Part shown: one piece after another, positions 9,588 through 17,670 of the stretch | How the letters are laid out: each line of letters opens with the position of its first letter | Position numbering within the stretch: position 1 is the stretch's first letter | IMG/VR virus record: IMGVR_UViG_3300042453_003743 | Location: 73,342 to 137,341 of that record | DNA length: 64,000 bases | Source: a virus | Reading direction: 5' to 3' (one strand) | Notes under the pieces: generated by a model | Told to the model about the DNA's origin: nothing | The model's input: the letters and a program-made list of their open reading frames with translations, nothing else | Databases searched by the model: none | Program-made: the position numbers and the translations under genes

Positions 9588-9884
9588 TTACCGCATGGGG
9601 TTGACGATGATTCCTTCGACCGCTTCGATGCGCTCCTCCTTGCAGGAGCGCCAGTCCTGCACATTGAAGTCCCAGTAGCACACCATGTTCGGCGGCATCC
9701 TGCGGTTTGCGCCCTTCGCAAGCCGATCAGCGGGGATCAGCGTTTCGTCGGTGGTGCCGATTGCGACACGCGGCGTACCATCCAACTTGCGGTAGACGAA
9801 CCGAACGATGCCGACACGCATGGCCGTGCGGGCGTTGTACGAGGCTTCGGACTTGTGACTGACGATGTTGACGAGTGGTGTCAT
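9588..9884 (-). CDS. WYL_2/SH3-like beta-barrel protein, leaderless
   Basis: 'VRFVYRKLDGTPRVAIGT...YWDFNVQDWRSC'; TATCAT-N6-ATG. Confidence 0.8.
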   Translation of the reverse strand: MTPLVNIVSHKSEASYNARTAMRVGIVRFVYRKLDGTPRVAIGTTDETLIPADRLAKGANRRMPPNMVCYWDFNVQDWRSCKEERIEAVEGIIVNPMR

Positions 9885-10126
9885 GCCTGCATGATAGCAC
9901 AAGCGTTCTAGCGTGTCAAGTGACTTCTGACTCTTTCTGCGGGGGCTAGACTTGACAAAGCGAAAGTGTTGTGGTACAATCTACTTGGTTGAATAAAATA
10001 AAAACTTGTTGTGAGTCCGATAACCAAGGGTGCGCCCATGCCCTTGACAGCGGTGGAGGGGTGTGGTAAACTCGGCGCATCGGGCCGTGTGGCCCTACTC
10101 ACCACCTCTCTCTAGGAGAACGACAG

Positions 10127-10519
10127 ATGACCTGCACCACCCCCTGCCTCCCCGGTTTTGAGTCCATCCTCGCCGCCTCCCCGGCCCCCGTCAACTCCGC
10201 CGCCACGACCCGTCGCCGTGGCCGCTCCGGCCCCCGGGGCGTCCTCTACACCGTCTCCACGGAGGAGTCGGCCCTCGGGCCTTGGGTCCACCGTGAGATC
10301 AGCGCGCAAGTGTGGCCCAACGGACGGGGCCAGCGTGTTGCCCGCATTCGGATGCAGGCCAACGCCTCGGACAGGATCGGCTACTCCTTCGGCATGGTCA
10401 CCGTGACCGACACCAACGGTACGCCCATCTGCATCGGCATGGACAAGGAGCAGATGCGGTCGGTCGGTGCCGCCCTCCTCGCCGCAGCGAACTCCGCCCG
10501 CGCCAAGTGGCGCAAGTGA
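10127..10519 (+). CDS. Early hypothetical protein (leadered, with SD)
   Basis: Promoter TTGACA(10044)..TAAACT; AGGAG upstream of the ATG. Confidence 0.7.
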   Translation: MTCTTPCLPGFESILAASPAPVNSAATTRRRGRSGPRGVLYTVSTEESALGPWVHREISAQVWPNGRGQRVARIRMQANASDRIGYSFGMVTVTDTNGTPICIGMDKEQMRSVGAALLAAANSARAKWRK

Positions 10520-10594
10520 GGACCGGACAGAGAGGGGAGGGGTCGCATGACCCCTCCCCTTGACACTCGCACCACCATCGGATACAATACGCCC

Positions 10595-10777
10595 ATGAAG
10601 AACAGCACCACCGAACTCCGCTTCCTCTCCGCCATGCTCTGGCTCTCATCCTTCGCGGGCACCGCGCTCTGCGTGAACTGGGCGATGGATGGGCACTACC
10701 TCCTGTCCGCTTTCACAGGTCTACTGGTTCTGGGCTGCGGATGCCTGATCGCCCATGTTCACTACCTGCGGAAATAA
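10595..10777 (+). CDS. Two-TM membrane protein, leaderless
   Basis: TACAAT-N6-ATG; two hydrophobic stretches. Confidence 0.7.
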   Translation: MKNSTTELRFLSAMLWLSSFAGTALCVNWAMDGHYLLSAFTGLLVLGCGCLIAHVHYLRK

Positions 10778-10827
10778 ATCTTCCGGCATCACTTGACACT
10801 CGCACCACCAACGGATACAATACACCC

Positions 10828-11106
10828 ATGAAGCGCACCACCACCAAAGACCTGATTGATTCCATCCGCACCCTCAACCGCGAGTTGGGCTTCCCCGATG
10901 ATGGAGGCACCGCCCTGGGCCTCGGTTCGATTCCCGGTTCGTTCTGCCTCTCGGGAGCCTACGGAGGCTGGCAGATTCAGCGATTCGTCGGACAGGGTTT
11001 GGAGTCCGTCACCACCGGATACCGCCCAAAGCGGCAAGTCCGGGAACTAGTAGAGGCAATGGTGCAGGGTGTGCGCCTGCACCGCGCCTACCAGATGATC
11101 GCATAA
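10828..11106 (+). CDS. Early hypothetical protein (AYGGW motif), leaderless
   Basis: TACAAT-N6-ATG. Confidence 0.75.
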   Translation: MKRTTTKDLIDSIRTLNRELGFPDDGGTALGLGSIPGSFCLSGAYGGWQIQRFVGQGLESVTTGYRPKRQVRELVEAMVQGVRLHRAYQMIA

Positions 11107-11219
11107 CGAGGTGGTGCTCGTCAACCGAAGAGGCTAACGCCCTGCCCCGGATGTTCCGGGGCTAGGTTTTTTTATTGGCAGTTGACACCTGCAAACGCCC
11201 GTGGTACAATCTACTTGGT
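11104..11219 (+). repeat. Copy 1 of a ~115-bp hairpin/terminator/promoter cassette
   Basis: Near-identical to 12499-12614 except in loops and the promoter spacer. Confidence 0.9.
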
Positions 11220-11372
11220 TCACAAATGTATTGTTATTCTCTTTTTCCCACAGCCGACCAAGTATATTCTACCATGAGGGTATTGCGGTGTCAAGTCGAG
11301 TTATCGGTCTGTGTATAACTTTGATTGTTGGGGTCACTTGACACCGTGGCGCGGGTGTGGTATCATCATTGC

Positions 11373-11936
11373 ATGAGCACCACTCACACCAACCGTTTCG
11401 AAACCGTTCGCACCCTTGCCATCGGCAACTTCATCAACCTACTGACCCGCGCCACGGAGGCCGATCACCAAGCCGCCAGCGCATGGTACAATGACGCGCA
11501 GGCGTTCGCTAACTCGCTCCGCCCCATCACCGGATGGAACCTTGAGGTGGCCGCTAGCGTCGTGTCAGCCTTCTCGCCCCGCGTCACTTGGGGCCACAAC
11601 AAGGCGAAGGCGCTCCAGTATGCGCAGGGCATCACGCCGAAGGGGCTGGGCTCCCATGTCGCTGCGGCGGATCGCTGCGTGGCGGACGGGTTCAACGGGC
11701 TGCGCGGGCTCAAGACGAACGCATTCGCCCGTGCCATTGCCGGGGACACGCAGGCCGTCGTGGTGGATGTGTGGATGTGCCGTGCTGCGGGGCTCGGGAA
11801 GGACGCTCCGAACAAGACGGAATATCGGGCAATCGCGGACGCGATCCGCACCATCGCATCCACGCGGGTCGTGAACATGGAACCCGCCACGCTTCAGGCT
11901 CTCCTGTGGATCATCATCCGGGGGAAGGCGGAGTAA
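11373..11936 (+). CDS. Glycosylase-like helical phage protein (paralogue of 5695..7143), leaderless
   Basis: 'WY..A', 'FSPRVTW..N', 'GLKTNAFARAI', 'VVVDVW', 'PATLQALLW'. Confidence 0.75.
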   Translation: MSTTHTNRFETVRTLAIGNFINLLTRATEADHQAASAWYNDAQAFANSLRPITGWNLEVAASVVSAFSPRVTWGHNKAKALQYAQGITPKGLGSHVAAADRCVADGFNGLRGLKTNAFARAIAGDTQAVVVDVWMCRAAGLGKDAPNKTEYRAIADAIRTIASTRVVNMEPATLQALLWIIIRGKAE

Positions 11937-11983
11937 TCCGCCACCCCCTTGACAGGCCGCACCCCATAGAGTATACTACACCC

Positions 11984-12229
11984 ATGACCAACACCACCAC
12001 CGAAACCCCCATCGACTACAGAACCGACCCCCGTTACAAGTACGCCTTCGCATACGGAGTCCTCTCGCATTGCATGACCGTCGTTGCCGAACTGGTCGAA
12101 CGGTCCAAGCGTGAGGGGGAGATGATCGACCCCAACAACCCGGACCTGAAGTGGGCCATCACCCAGTTCAAGATCGCAGACGACAATCTCCACACAGACT
12201 CCCAGCACACAAGGTACAATACGCCATGA
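11984..12229 (+). CDS. Early hypothetical protein, leaderless
   Basis: TTGACA(11949)-N17-TATACT-N6-ATG. Confidence 0.7.
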   Translation: MTNTTTETPIDYRTDPRYKYAFAYGVLSHCMTVVAELVERSKREGEMIDPNNPDLKWAITQFKIADDNLHTDSQHTRYNTP

Positions 12230-12501
12230 GCACCACCAACTGGCACAAGCATTTCGGTTCCGCTATGGACTCGGATCGAACCGTGGAATGCGTTCAATGC
12301 GGTTCTTCCATGATCGGAGATGGCCCTGCACAGCCCGTCATCTGCACCGAATGCTACAACCACTCGGGCATCATCCTGCGGGATCGGGTGATCTGCATGG
12401 AGTGTGCCTCTGAAGTTCTGGAACACGGAACGCTAGTCACCCCCGACACTCACCCCGATGGGTTCACTTGCGCGGATTGTGGGGAAACTTCAACGATCTA
12501 A
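12226..12501 (+). CDS. Cys-rich Zn-finger protein
   Basis: Four CxxC motifs; ATGA overlap. Confidence 0.7.
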   Translation: MSTTNWHKHFGSAMDSDRTVECVQCGSSMIGDGPAQPVICTECYNHSGIILRDRVICMECASEVLEHGTLVTPDTHPDGFTCADCGETSTI

Positions 12502-12614
12502 CGAGGTGGTGCTCGTCAACCGAAAAGGATTCGTCCCTGCCCCGATTCGTTCGGGGCTAGGTTTTTTTATTGGCACTTGACATCGGACAGGATGTATGGT
12601 AGAATCTACTTGGT
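12499..12614 (+). repeat. Copy 2 of the ~115-bp hairpin/terminator/promoter cassette
   Basis: See 11104-11219. Confidence 0.9.
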
Positions 12615-12687
12615 GAACAAAACAAAAATGATTTCTCTCATCACGCACCCCCTTGACACCCGTGGCCGTTCGTGATACAATGGGTCC

Positions 12688-13053
12688 ATGACACCACTCA
12701 ACCACATCCCCAACCGAACCGATTCCTGCATCATGCTCATCGAGTCCATCCGCATGGCTCACTCCGACCTCTCATGCACGAAGGCCAACCCGGAAGAAAC
12801 CAATGCGGCCCTCGCTTTCTGCGAGATCGCCGTCAGCATCCCCCCGTCGTGGTTCACGCATGAGGAGCGCATCATGGTCAAGGAAACCATCGACACGCTC
12901 TACGGTGACGCTCTGAAGTTCATCATCGACCTCGACGGAGGACACGTTTCCTTCATCAACAAGTGCAACAACCTCTGCCACGGGCGTTCGTTGGAGTCGT
13001 TCGTGGATGTGATGATGCGGCAGCACATGGCGGAGTTTGGATCGGTAGCCTGA
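12688..13053 (+). CDS. Early hypothetical protein, leaderless
   Basis: TACAAT-N6-ATG; GC hairpin at 13063-13090 downstream. Confidence 0.75.
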   Translation: MTPLNHIPNRTDSCIMLIESIRMAHSDLSCTKANPEETNAALAFCEIAVSIPPSWFTHEERIMVKETIDTLYGDALKFIIDLDGGHVSFINKCNNLCHGRSLESFVDVMMRQHMAEFGSVA

Positions 13054-13269
13054 AGGTGAAGTCCACCCCCCGGCCAACGCCGGGGGGTGGACGGATAGTA
13101 GTCACTACTGATAGTAGACCCCCGATAATATTTCAATAATATTTGGGACTTGACACGCCGGGATGGTCATGATACAATCGTCTTGGACGACATTCAAAAC
13201 AGAGTCCGATAATAAAAAAGATGGACGAGATGGCTTGACACGGACGGGGTGGCATGGTAGAATGCCAAC

Positions 13270-13500
13270 ATGAACAACCCCAACAACTACAACGACGACG
13301 ACGCTGAATACTCCGACCTCATGCCCTACGACGATGCGTTCACCGACGAGGACTTCGTTCAGGAACTCATTGACGAGGGATACAGCGAGGATGAGGCCCG
13401 CCGCATGGTTGGCGAGTACGACGCCAACGAATACTACGGCATTGACGAGGACAACGACCGGGATGTTCCCGACTTCGTTGACGATGGAGACTTCGAATGA
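13270..13500 (+). CDS. Highly acidic small protein, leaderless
   Basis: TAGAAT-N6-ATG; very D/E-rich. Confidence 0.75.
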   Translation: MNNPNNYNDDDAEYSDLMPYDDAFTDEDFVQELIDEGYSEDEARRMVGEYDANEYYGIDEDNDRDVPDFVDDGDFE

Positions 13501-13871
13501 ATGTAAGAATCATTCGGAGCGACAGGCCGACCACCAGCAAAAGGTGGGTCAAAAGACGAATCAACGAAACCCTTCGGGGAATCTTCTTTGCATCAGCCGT
13601 CATCAGCACGAAGGACTCTGGAAAGAGTTGTAATGGAATGTCAGTAGACATTCACCCTTTCCCGACCGGAACGATCATTTTCGATGTCCAACTGGGAACG
13701 GACTGGACCCGAAAGGGAGTTGAAGCATTCTTGCGCTACATGGAGCAGTCGAACGGTGTAGTGAGCGTGACCTTGACAACCACAACCGACTCTGATACAA
13801 TCCACCCATGCGAAAGCCACCCAACCACCGACCCGACCGACCGACCACTTGCGACTTCAGCGACTTGCTGA
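13497..13871 (+). CDS. Hypothetical protein
   Basis: ATGA overlap with the upstream gene. Confidence 0.5.
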   Translation: MNVRIIRSDRPTTSKRWVKRRINETLRGIFFASAVISTKDSGKSCNGMSVDIHPFPTGTIIFDVQLGTDWTRKGVEAFLRYMEQSNGVVSVTLTTTTDSDTIHPCESHPTTDPTDRPLATSATC

Positions 13872-14050
13872 ACGAGGTCGCCAAGTTCACCGAAACCAAC
13901 CCCCTGTGGTTTGAGAACCCGGAGGACTTGGCGCGAATGGCAAGAGCCTACGGCATCATCACGATGATGAGTGGACCGGATTCATGCACGGAGGATGAGT
14001 GCGAATACATCCTCAACCTTCACCGCACCCTTCAGGAGAACCACAAGTGA
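13808..14050 (+). CDS. Hypothetical protein, leaderless
   Basis: TTGACA(13773)-N17-TACAAT-N6-ATG. Confidence 0.7.
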   Translation: MRKPPNHRPDRPTTCDFSDLLNEVAKFTETNPLWFENPEDLARMARAYGIITMMSGPDSCTEDECEYILNLHRTLQENHK

Positions 14051-14415
14051 ACCCCACCAACAAGTTTGACGGATTCTTCAGCGGGAACGGAGAAATCCCG
14101 CAGAATGTGGAGATGCGACCCCCCACGGTGCCGATGATGGTTCACACCCTCATCGTCCTGACCGGAACCACGCCGGAGTGGTACAAGAACGAGAAGAACC
14201 GCATCATTGCCTGCTCGTTCTTGGAGGCCATTGCCGATGGGGTCAAGGAGTTCAGGGACGGGAAGGAGAAGGATTCTCCGATCTCCCTCTCCGAAGCCGC
14301 GTTCCTGATGATGACCTCCGAGATTCTGTTCGCCACGCAGCAGTTCGCCTCCGACGAGGAGCGCGAGCGTTGGCCTGACCGACCGGACACCGTGAGCGAC
14401 GAGGACGAGGAGTGA
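14047..14415 (+). CDS. Hypothetical protein (related to 13808..14050)
   Basis: GTGA overlap; 'TTPEWYKNEKN' resembles 'TNPLWFENPED'. Confidence 0.65.
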   Translation: MNPTNKFDGFFSGNGEIPQNVEMRPPTVPMMVHTLIVLTGTTPEWYKNEKNRIIACSFLEAIADGVKEFRDGKEKDSPISLSEAAFLMMTSEILFATQQFASDEERERWPDRPDTVSDEDEE

Positions 14416-14453
14416 CTTGACAACCCGCGCCCATCGGGTACAATGGGCATCCC

Positions 14454-14526
14454 GCCTCTGTAGCGCAGTTGGTAGCGCAGTTGACTTTTAATCAATTGGT
14501 CGTGGGTTCGAACCCCACCGGAGGCA
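14454..14526 (+). tRNA. tRNA-Lys(TTT)
   Basis: Canonical cloverleaf, loop CTTTTAA, own sigma70 promoter; no encoded CCA. Confidence 0.95.
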
Positions 14527-14528
14527 TT

Positions 14529-14795
14529 ATGAAAGACAACGAAATCCTAATTCACGCACTCACGGAGTCAGACAAACTGCAAATAATTTTTGCAGAACTC
14601 ATGGAGTTTTGGTTGGAGGGAAAGGAACCTCCCACTTGGTTGGTTGATCAGTACTACGACCAACTGGAAGAAGTTCAGGTGGCTTTCAGCGCCGACAAGT
14701 TGCATGAGGTCGTGGCGCAGAAGAACCGAGACTTCTACGACGACCTTCAAAATAAACTTGAAGGCTTGCTTGACAACACCCCGGACTTGTTCTAG
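14529..14795 (+). CDS. Hypothetical protein
   Basis: ATG directly after the tRNA. Confidence 0.65.
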   Translation: MKDNEILIHALTESDKLQIIFAELMEFWLEGKEPPTWLVDQYYDQLEEVQVAFSADKLHEVVAQKNRDFYDDLQNKLEGLLDNTPDLF

Positions 14796-14806
14796 AATGG
14801 GGTCAC

Positions 14807-14879
14807 GGCACGGTAGACCAACGGCAGAGTCAATTGACTCAAAATCAATAAAGTGTGGGTTCGAATCCCACCCGTGCTA
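14807..14879 (+). tRNA. tRNA-Leu(CAA) with short variable loop
   Basis: GGCACGG/CCGTGCT-A acceptor, ATTGA-CTCAAAA-TCAAT anticodon arm, GGTTCGAATCC T arm. Confidence 0.85.
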
Positions 14880-14984
14880 CTAAAATAGAGGCGGATCTTC
14901 TTCAAGACCGTCCAAGTTGAGAAGGTGAAAGTCTGACGAGTCCGATTCTTTGTAATCGTAGTGCAGTAAAGTAGCCTTCGACTT

Positions 14985-15058
14985 GTTCCCGTAGCCCAGT
15001 TGGATAGAGCAGCCGCCTTCTAAGCGGCAGGTCGCTGGTTCGAATCCAGCCGGGAACG
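14985..15058 (+). tRNA. tRNA-Arg(TCT)
   Basis: Canonical cloverleaf, loop CTTCTAA. Confidence 0.95.
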
Positions 15059-15200
15059 CTTGACAAGAAAGGAAACGGTGCTACAATGCTGTACATGAAC
15101 ACCCCAAAGAGTATATTATAAGTTTTGGCGGTGGTTCAAACAAACCGCATAGAGGCAACCTACGGTTGCACGGTTCGCAGAGCCGTACAACTCTGCATAC

Positions 15201-15276
15201 GGAAGGGTGGCTGAATCGTAGTTAGAGCGCATGCCTTATAAGCGTGAATATGTGGGTGCAACTCCCGCCCCTTCCA
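15201..15276 (+). tRNA. tRNA-Ile(TAT), atypical D and T loops
   Basis: GGAAGGG/CCCTTCC-A acceptor; CATGC-CTTATAA-GCGTG; T loop TGCAACT. Confidence 0.75.
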
Positions 15277-15299
15277 CTTCCCCCAACCAAAGGAACGAG

Positions 15300-15506
15300 A
15301 TGGATCTCAACAAGATCAGAGAGTGCTTGACAACGTTGGAAGACTTCGCCGCCATTCTTGATGATGGCATGGCTCCTGTCACGCAGGAGGAGATCGAAAT
15401 CATGGCAGAGGAACTTCCCAAGATCATCTCCACTCTCAAGAAGGAAACCGATGTCAGCACGGGCACCGATATGTACGTCAAGTACAGCGGCTTCTGTGAC
15501 GGCTAA
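15300..15506 (+). CDS. Hypothetical protein
   Basis: AAGGA SD, ATG after the tRNA. Confidence 0.65.
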   Translation: MDLNKIRECLTTLEDFAAILDDGMAPVTQEEIEIMAEELPKIISTLKKETDVSTGTDMYVKYSGFCDG

Positions 15507-15557
15507 AAGTTTTTGTTTTTTGCTTGACAACCCCCAACCACAAGGTACAATAGACAC

Positions 15558-15839
15558 ATGAACTTCGACTTCAACAACATCGCCCTGATCGCCCTCTCGC
15601 TCTTTGCCGGATACTTCGGCCTCGCCTACATGAAGGCCCGCTTTGAGGACAGGATGCGCGCCTACACGCAGCGCATGGATGATCTTCAGACTTGGTTCGA
15701 CCGTGAGAACGAGCGCATCATGGATCGGATTCGGACTCTTGATGTCCGCGTGAATGATCTCCGTTTCAACTACGAGACTCACGCCGAATGCAAGAGCAAG
15801 TACCCGGCGGAGAAGAACTACTACAACACGGAAGTCTAA
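15558..15839 (+). CDS. Membrane-anchored coiled-coil protein, leaderless
   Basis: N-terminal TM; TACAAT-N6-ATG. Confidence 0.75.
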   Translation: MNFDFNNIALIALSLFAGYFGLAYMKARFEDRMRAYTQRMDDLQTWFDRENERIMDRIRTLDVRVNDLRFNYETHAECKSKYPAEKNYYNTEV

Positions 15840-15865
15840 ATCCGCTCTAGACTTCCTCTCATACC

Positions 15866-15900
15866 AGAGAGCCCCGCAATGGGCTCTCTGTTTTTATTTT
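15866..15900 (+). terminator. Intrinsic terminator
   Basis: CAGAGAGCCC-CGCAAT-GGGCTCTCTG-TTTTT. Confidence 0.85.
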
Positions 15901-16082
15901 GACAGTAATCTACTGATAGTAGTTTTGGATCGGATAGTAGTCCGATAACTAGGCGGCACTCGGCTTGACAAGTGGAAGGTGATGTGGTACAATCATATTG
16001 GTGGACAATATAAAAATGGATATTTCAAAATATTTGCGATAGGGTACTTGACACCCCAAAAAGATTGTGGTACAATGTTCGC

Positions 16083-17354
16083 ATGAACAGCAACATCGAC
16101 CGCCGCAAGCAGAAGTTCCTCAAGGCTCTCACCGACCTGTACGGAGTCCCATCCTCCATCGGTGAGGCACGGTACACCCGTGAGCAGTGCATCAACGCCT
16201 TCCACAACACTTACAAGGTGTCGCCCAACGACAACTACAGCACCCTCCCGGCTTGGATCGTGCAAGACAAGTCCCGTCGCCTTGGCCGGGGACTCTACAA
16301 CATTCCCGAAACGGTTGTCCTGACCGACGCCATCGAACCCGAAAATGTTTACGAAACTTCAGGACAGGATTTGACACCACAGGAAACTTGTGGTAGAATG
16401 GAAACCATGAACAGCAGCAACTACAACCTCGTCATGCCGTCCAACGATGTTTCCCTCGTCCCCGTCAAGAACGAAACTTTCGTTCCGTGGGGACACTACG
16501 AGGACATCAATGCCATCCTCGCCTCCAAGCAGTTCGCTCCGGTCTACATCACGGGTCTGTCGGGCAACGGCAAGACCACGATGATCGAACAGGTCTGCGC
16601 GAACACCGGACGGGAGTGCATCCGTGTCAACATCACCGCCGAAACCGACGAGGATGACCTGATCGGTGGGTTCCGCCTCATCAACGGCGAAACCAAGTTC
16701 GTGTTCGGTGGAGTCGTGCAGGCCATGCAGCGTGGCGCAATCCTCCTGTTGGACGAGATCGACTTGGGAACGGAGCGCATGATGTGCCTTCAGCCCGTGC
16801 TTGAGGGCAAGGGTGTCTACATCAAGAAGATCGGAATGTTCGTCAAGCCCGCTCCCGGCTTCAATGTGGTCGCCACCGCCAACACGAAGGGCAAGGGCGA
16901 GTCTGATCGGTTCGTCGGCACCCGCTGCATGAACGAGGCGTTCCTTGACCGCTTCTCCTACTGGTTTGAGCAGGAGTACGCTGATAGGGTGGTGGAGGCC
17001 CGCATCATCATCCGCAAGATGAAGGCGTATGGCAAGGAGGACAAGGACTTCGCGCAGTACCTCGTCAAGTGGGCGGAAACGATCCGCTTGGGCTTCAAGG
17101 AGGGCGGCTTGGATGACATCATCACGACCCGTCGCTTGGAGGAGGTCTGCAAGGCGTTCGCCATCTTCAACGACAAGGAGAAGGCGATCAAGTTGACTCT
17201 CACCCGGTTCGACCCGGCTACGCAGGAGGCGTTCTACAACCTCTACACCAAGATCGACCCGACCATCCTTCCGCCTGTGGACGGGATGGACAAGGAGAAG
17301 CAGGCCGTTCCCGCTCCCTCCCCGTCTGACACCAACTACGCAATCAACGCCTAA
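16083..17354 (+). CDS. CobS/MoxR-like AAA+ ATPase
   Basis: Walker A GLSGNGKT, 'RVNITAETDEDDLIGGFRL', Walker B LLLDEID, 'ATANTKGKG', 'NEAFLDRF'. Confidence 0.9.
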   Translation: MNSNIDRRKQKFLKALTDLYGVPSSIGEARYTREQCINAFHNTYKVSPNDNYSTLPAWIVQDKSRRLGRGLYNIPETVVLTDAIEPENVYETSGQDLTPQETCGRMETMNSSNYNLVMPSNDVSLVPVKNETFVPWGHYEDINAILASKQFAPVYITGLSGNGKTTMIEQVCANTGRECIRVNITAETDEDDLIGGFRLINGETKFVFGGVVQAMQRGAILLLDEIDLGTERMMCLQPVLEGKGVYIKKIGMFVKPAPGFNVVATANTKGKGESDRFVGTRCMNEAFLDRFSYWFEQEYADRVVEARIIIRKMKAYGKEDKDFAQYLVKWAETIRLGFKEGGLDDIITTRRLEEVCKAFAIFNDKEKAIKLTLTRFDPATQEAFYNLYTKIDPTILPPVDGMDKEKQAVPAPSPSDTNYAINA

Positions 17355-17371
17355 CAAAAAGGAAAAAGAAA

Positions 17372-17596
17372 ATGCCTTACATGAACAAGCGCAATCGTTT
17401 CGTCGCAGCCGCCAAGCAGTACGCGGATGCCAACCTCAACGGCGACTACAGCAACTTCAAGAAGTCTGACCTCCTCACGGTCGCACAGTCGATCAACATG
17501 AAGGGGACTCCGACTTGGGTTGTCAAGGAGTACGCAAGCGCGGTGAGCCGTGGCGTCTACGACCTGACGAGCCTGATCGCTCCTGTGACTGTCTGA
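17372..17596 (+). CDS. Stand-alone homologue of the AAA ATPase N-terminal domain
   Basis: 'PTWVV...VSRGVYDL' versus 'PAWIV...LGRGLYNI'. Confidence 0.7.
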   Translation: MPYMNKRNRFVAAAKQYADANLNGDYSNFKKSDLLTVAQSINMKGTPTWVVKEYASAVSRGVYDLTSLIAPVTV

Positions 17597-17670
17597 TGCT
17601 GTTCTGATGTGGGGTGGGGCAATCGGCCCCACCCCTTGACAAGACGCACCACCTGTGGTAGAATACCGAC

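Noticed and set aside
14925-14945. Hammerhead-like CTGACGAG next to GAAA
   Set aside because: GAAA is only 2 nt from CTGA, so stems I and III cannot form.
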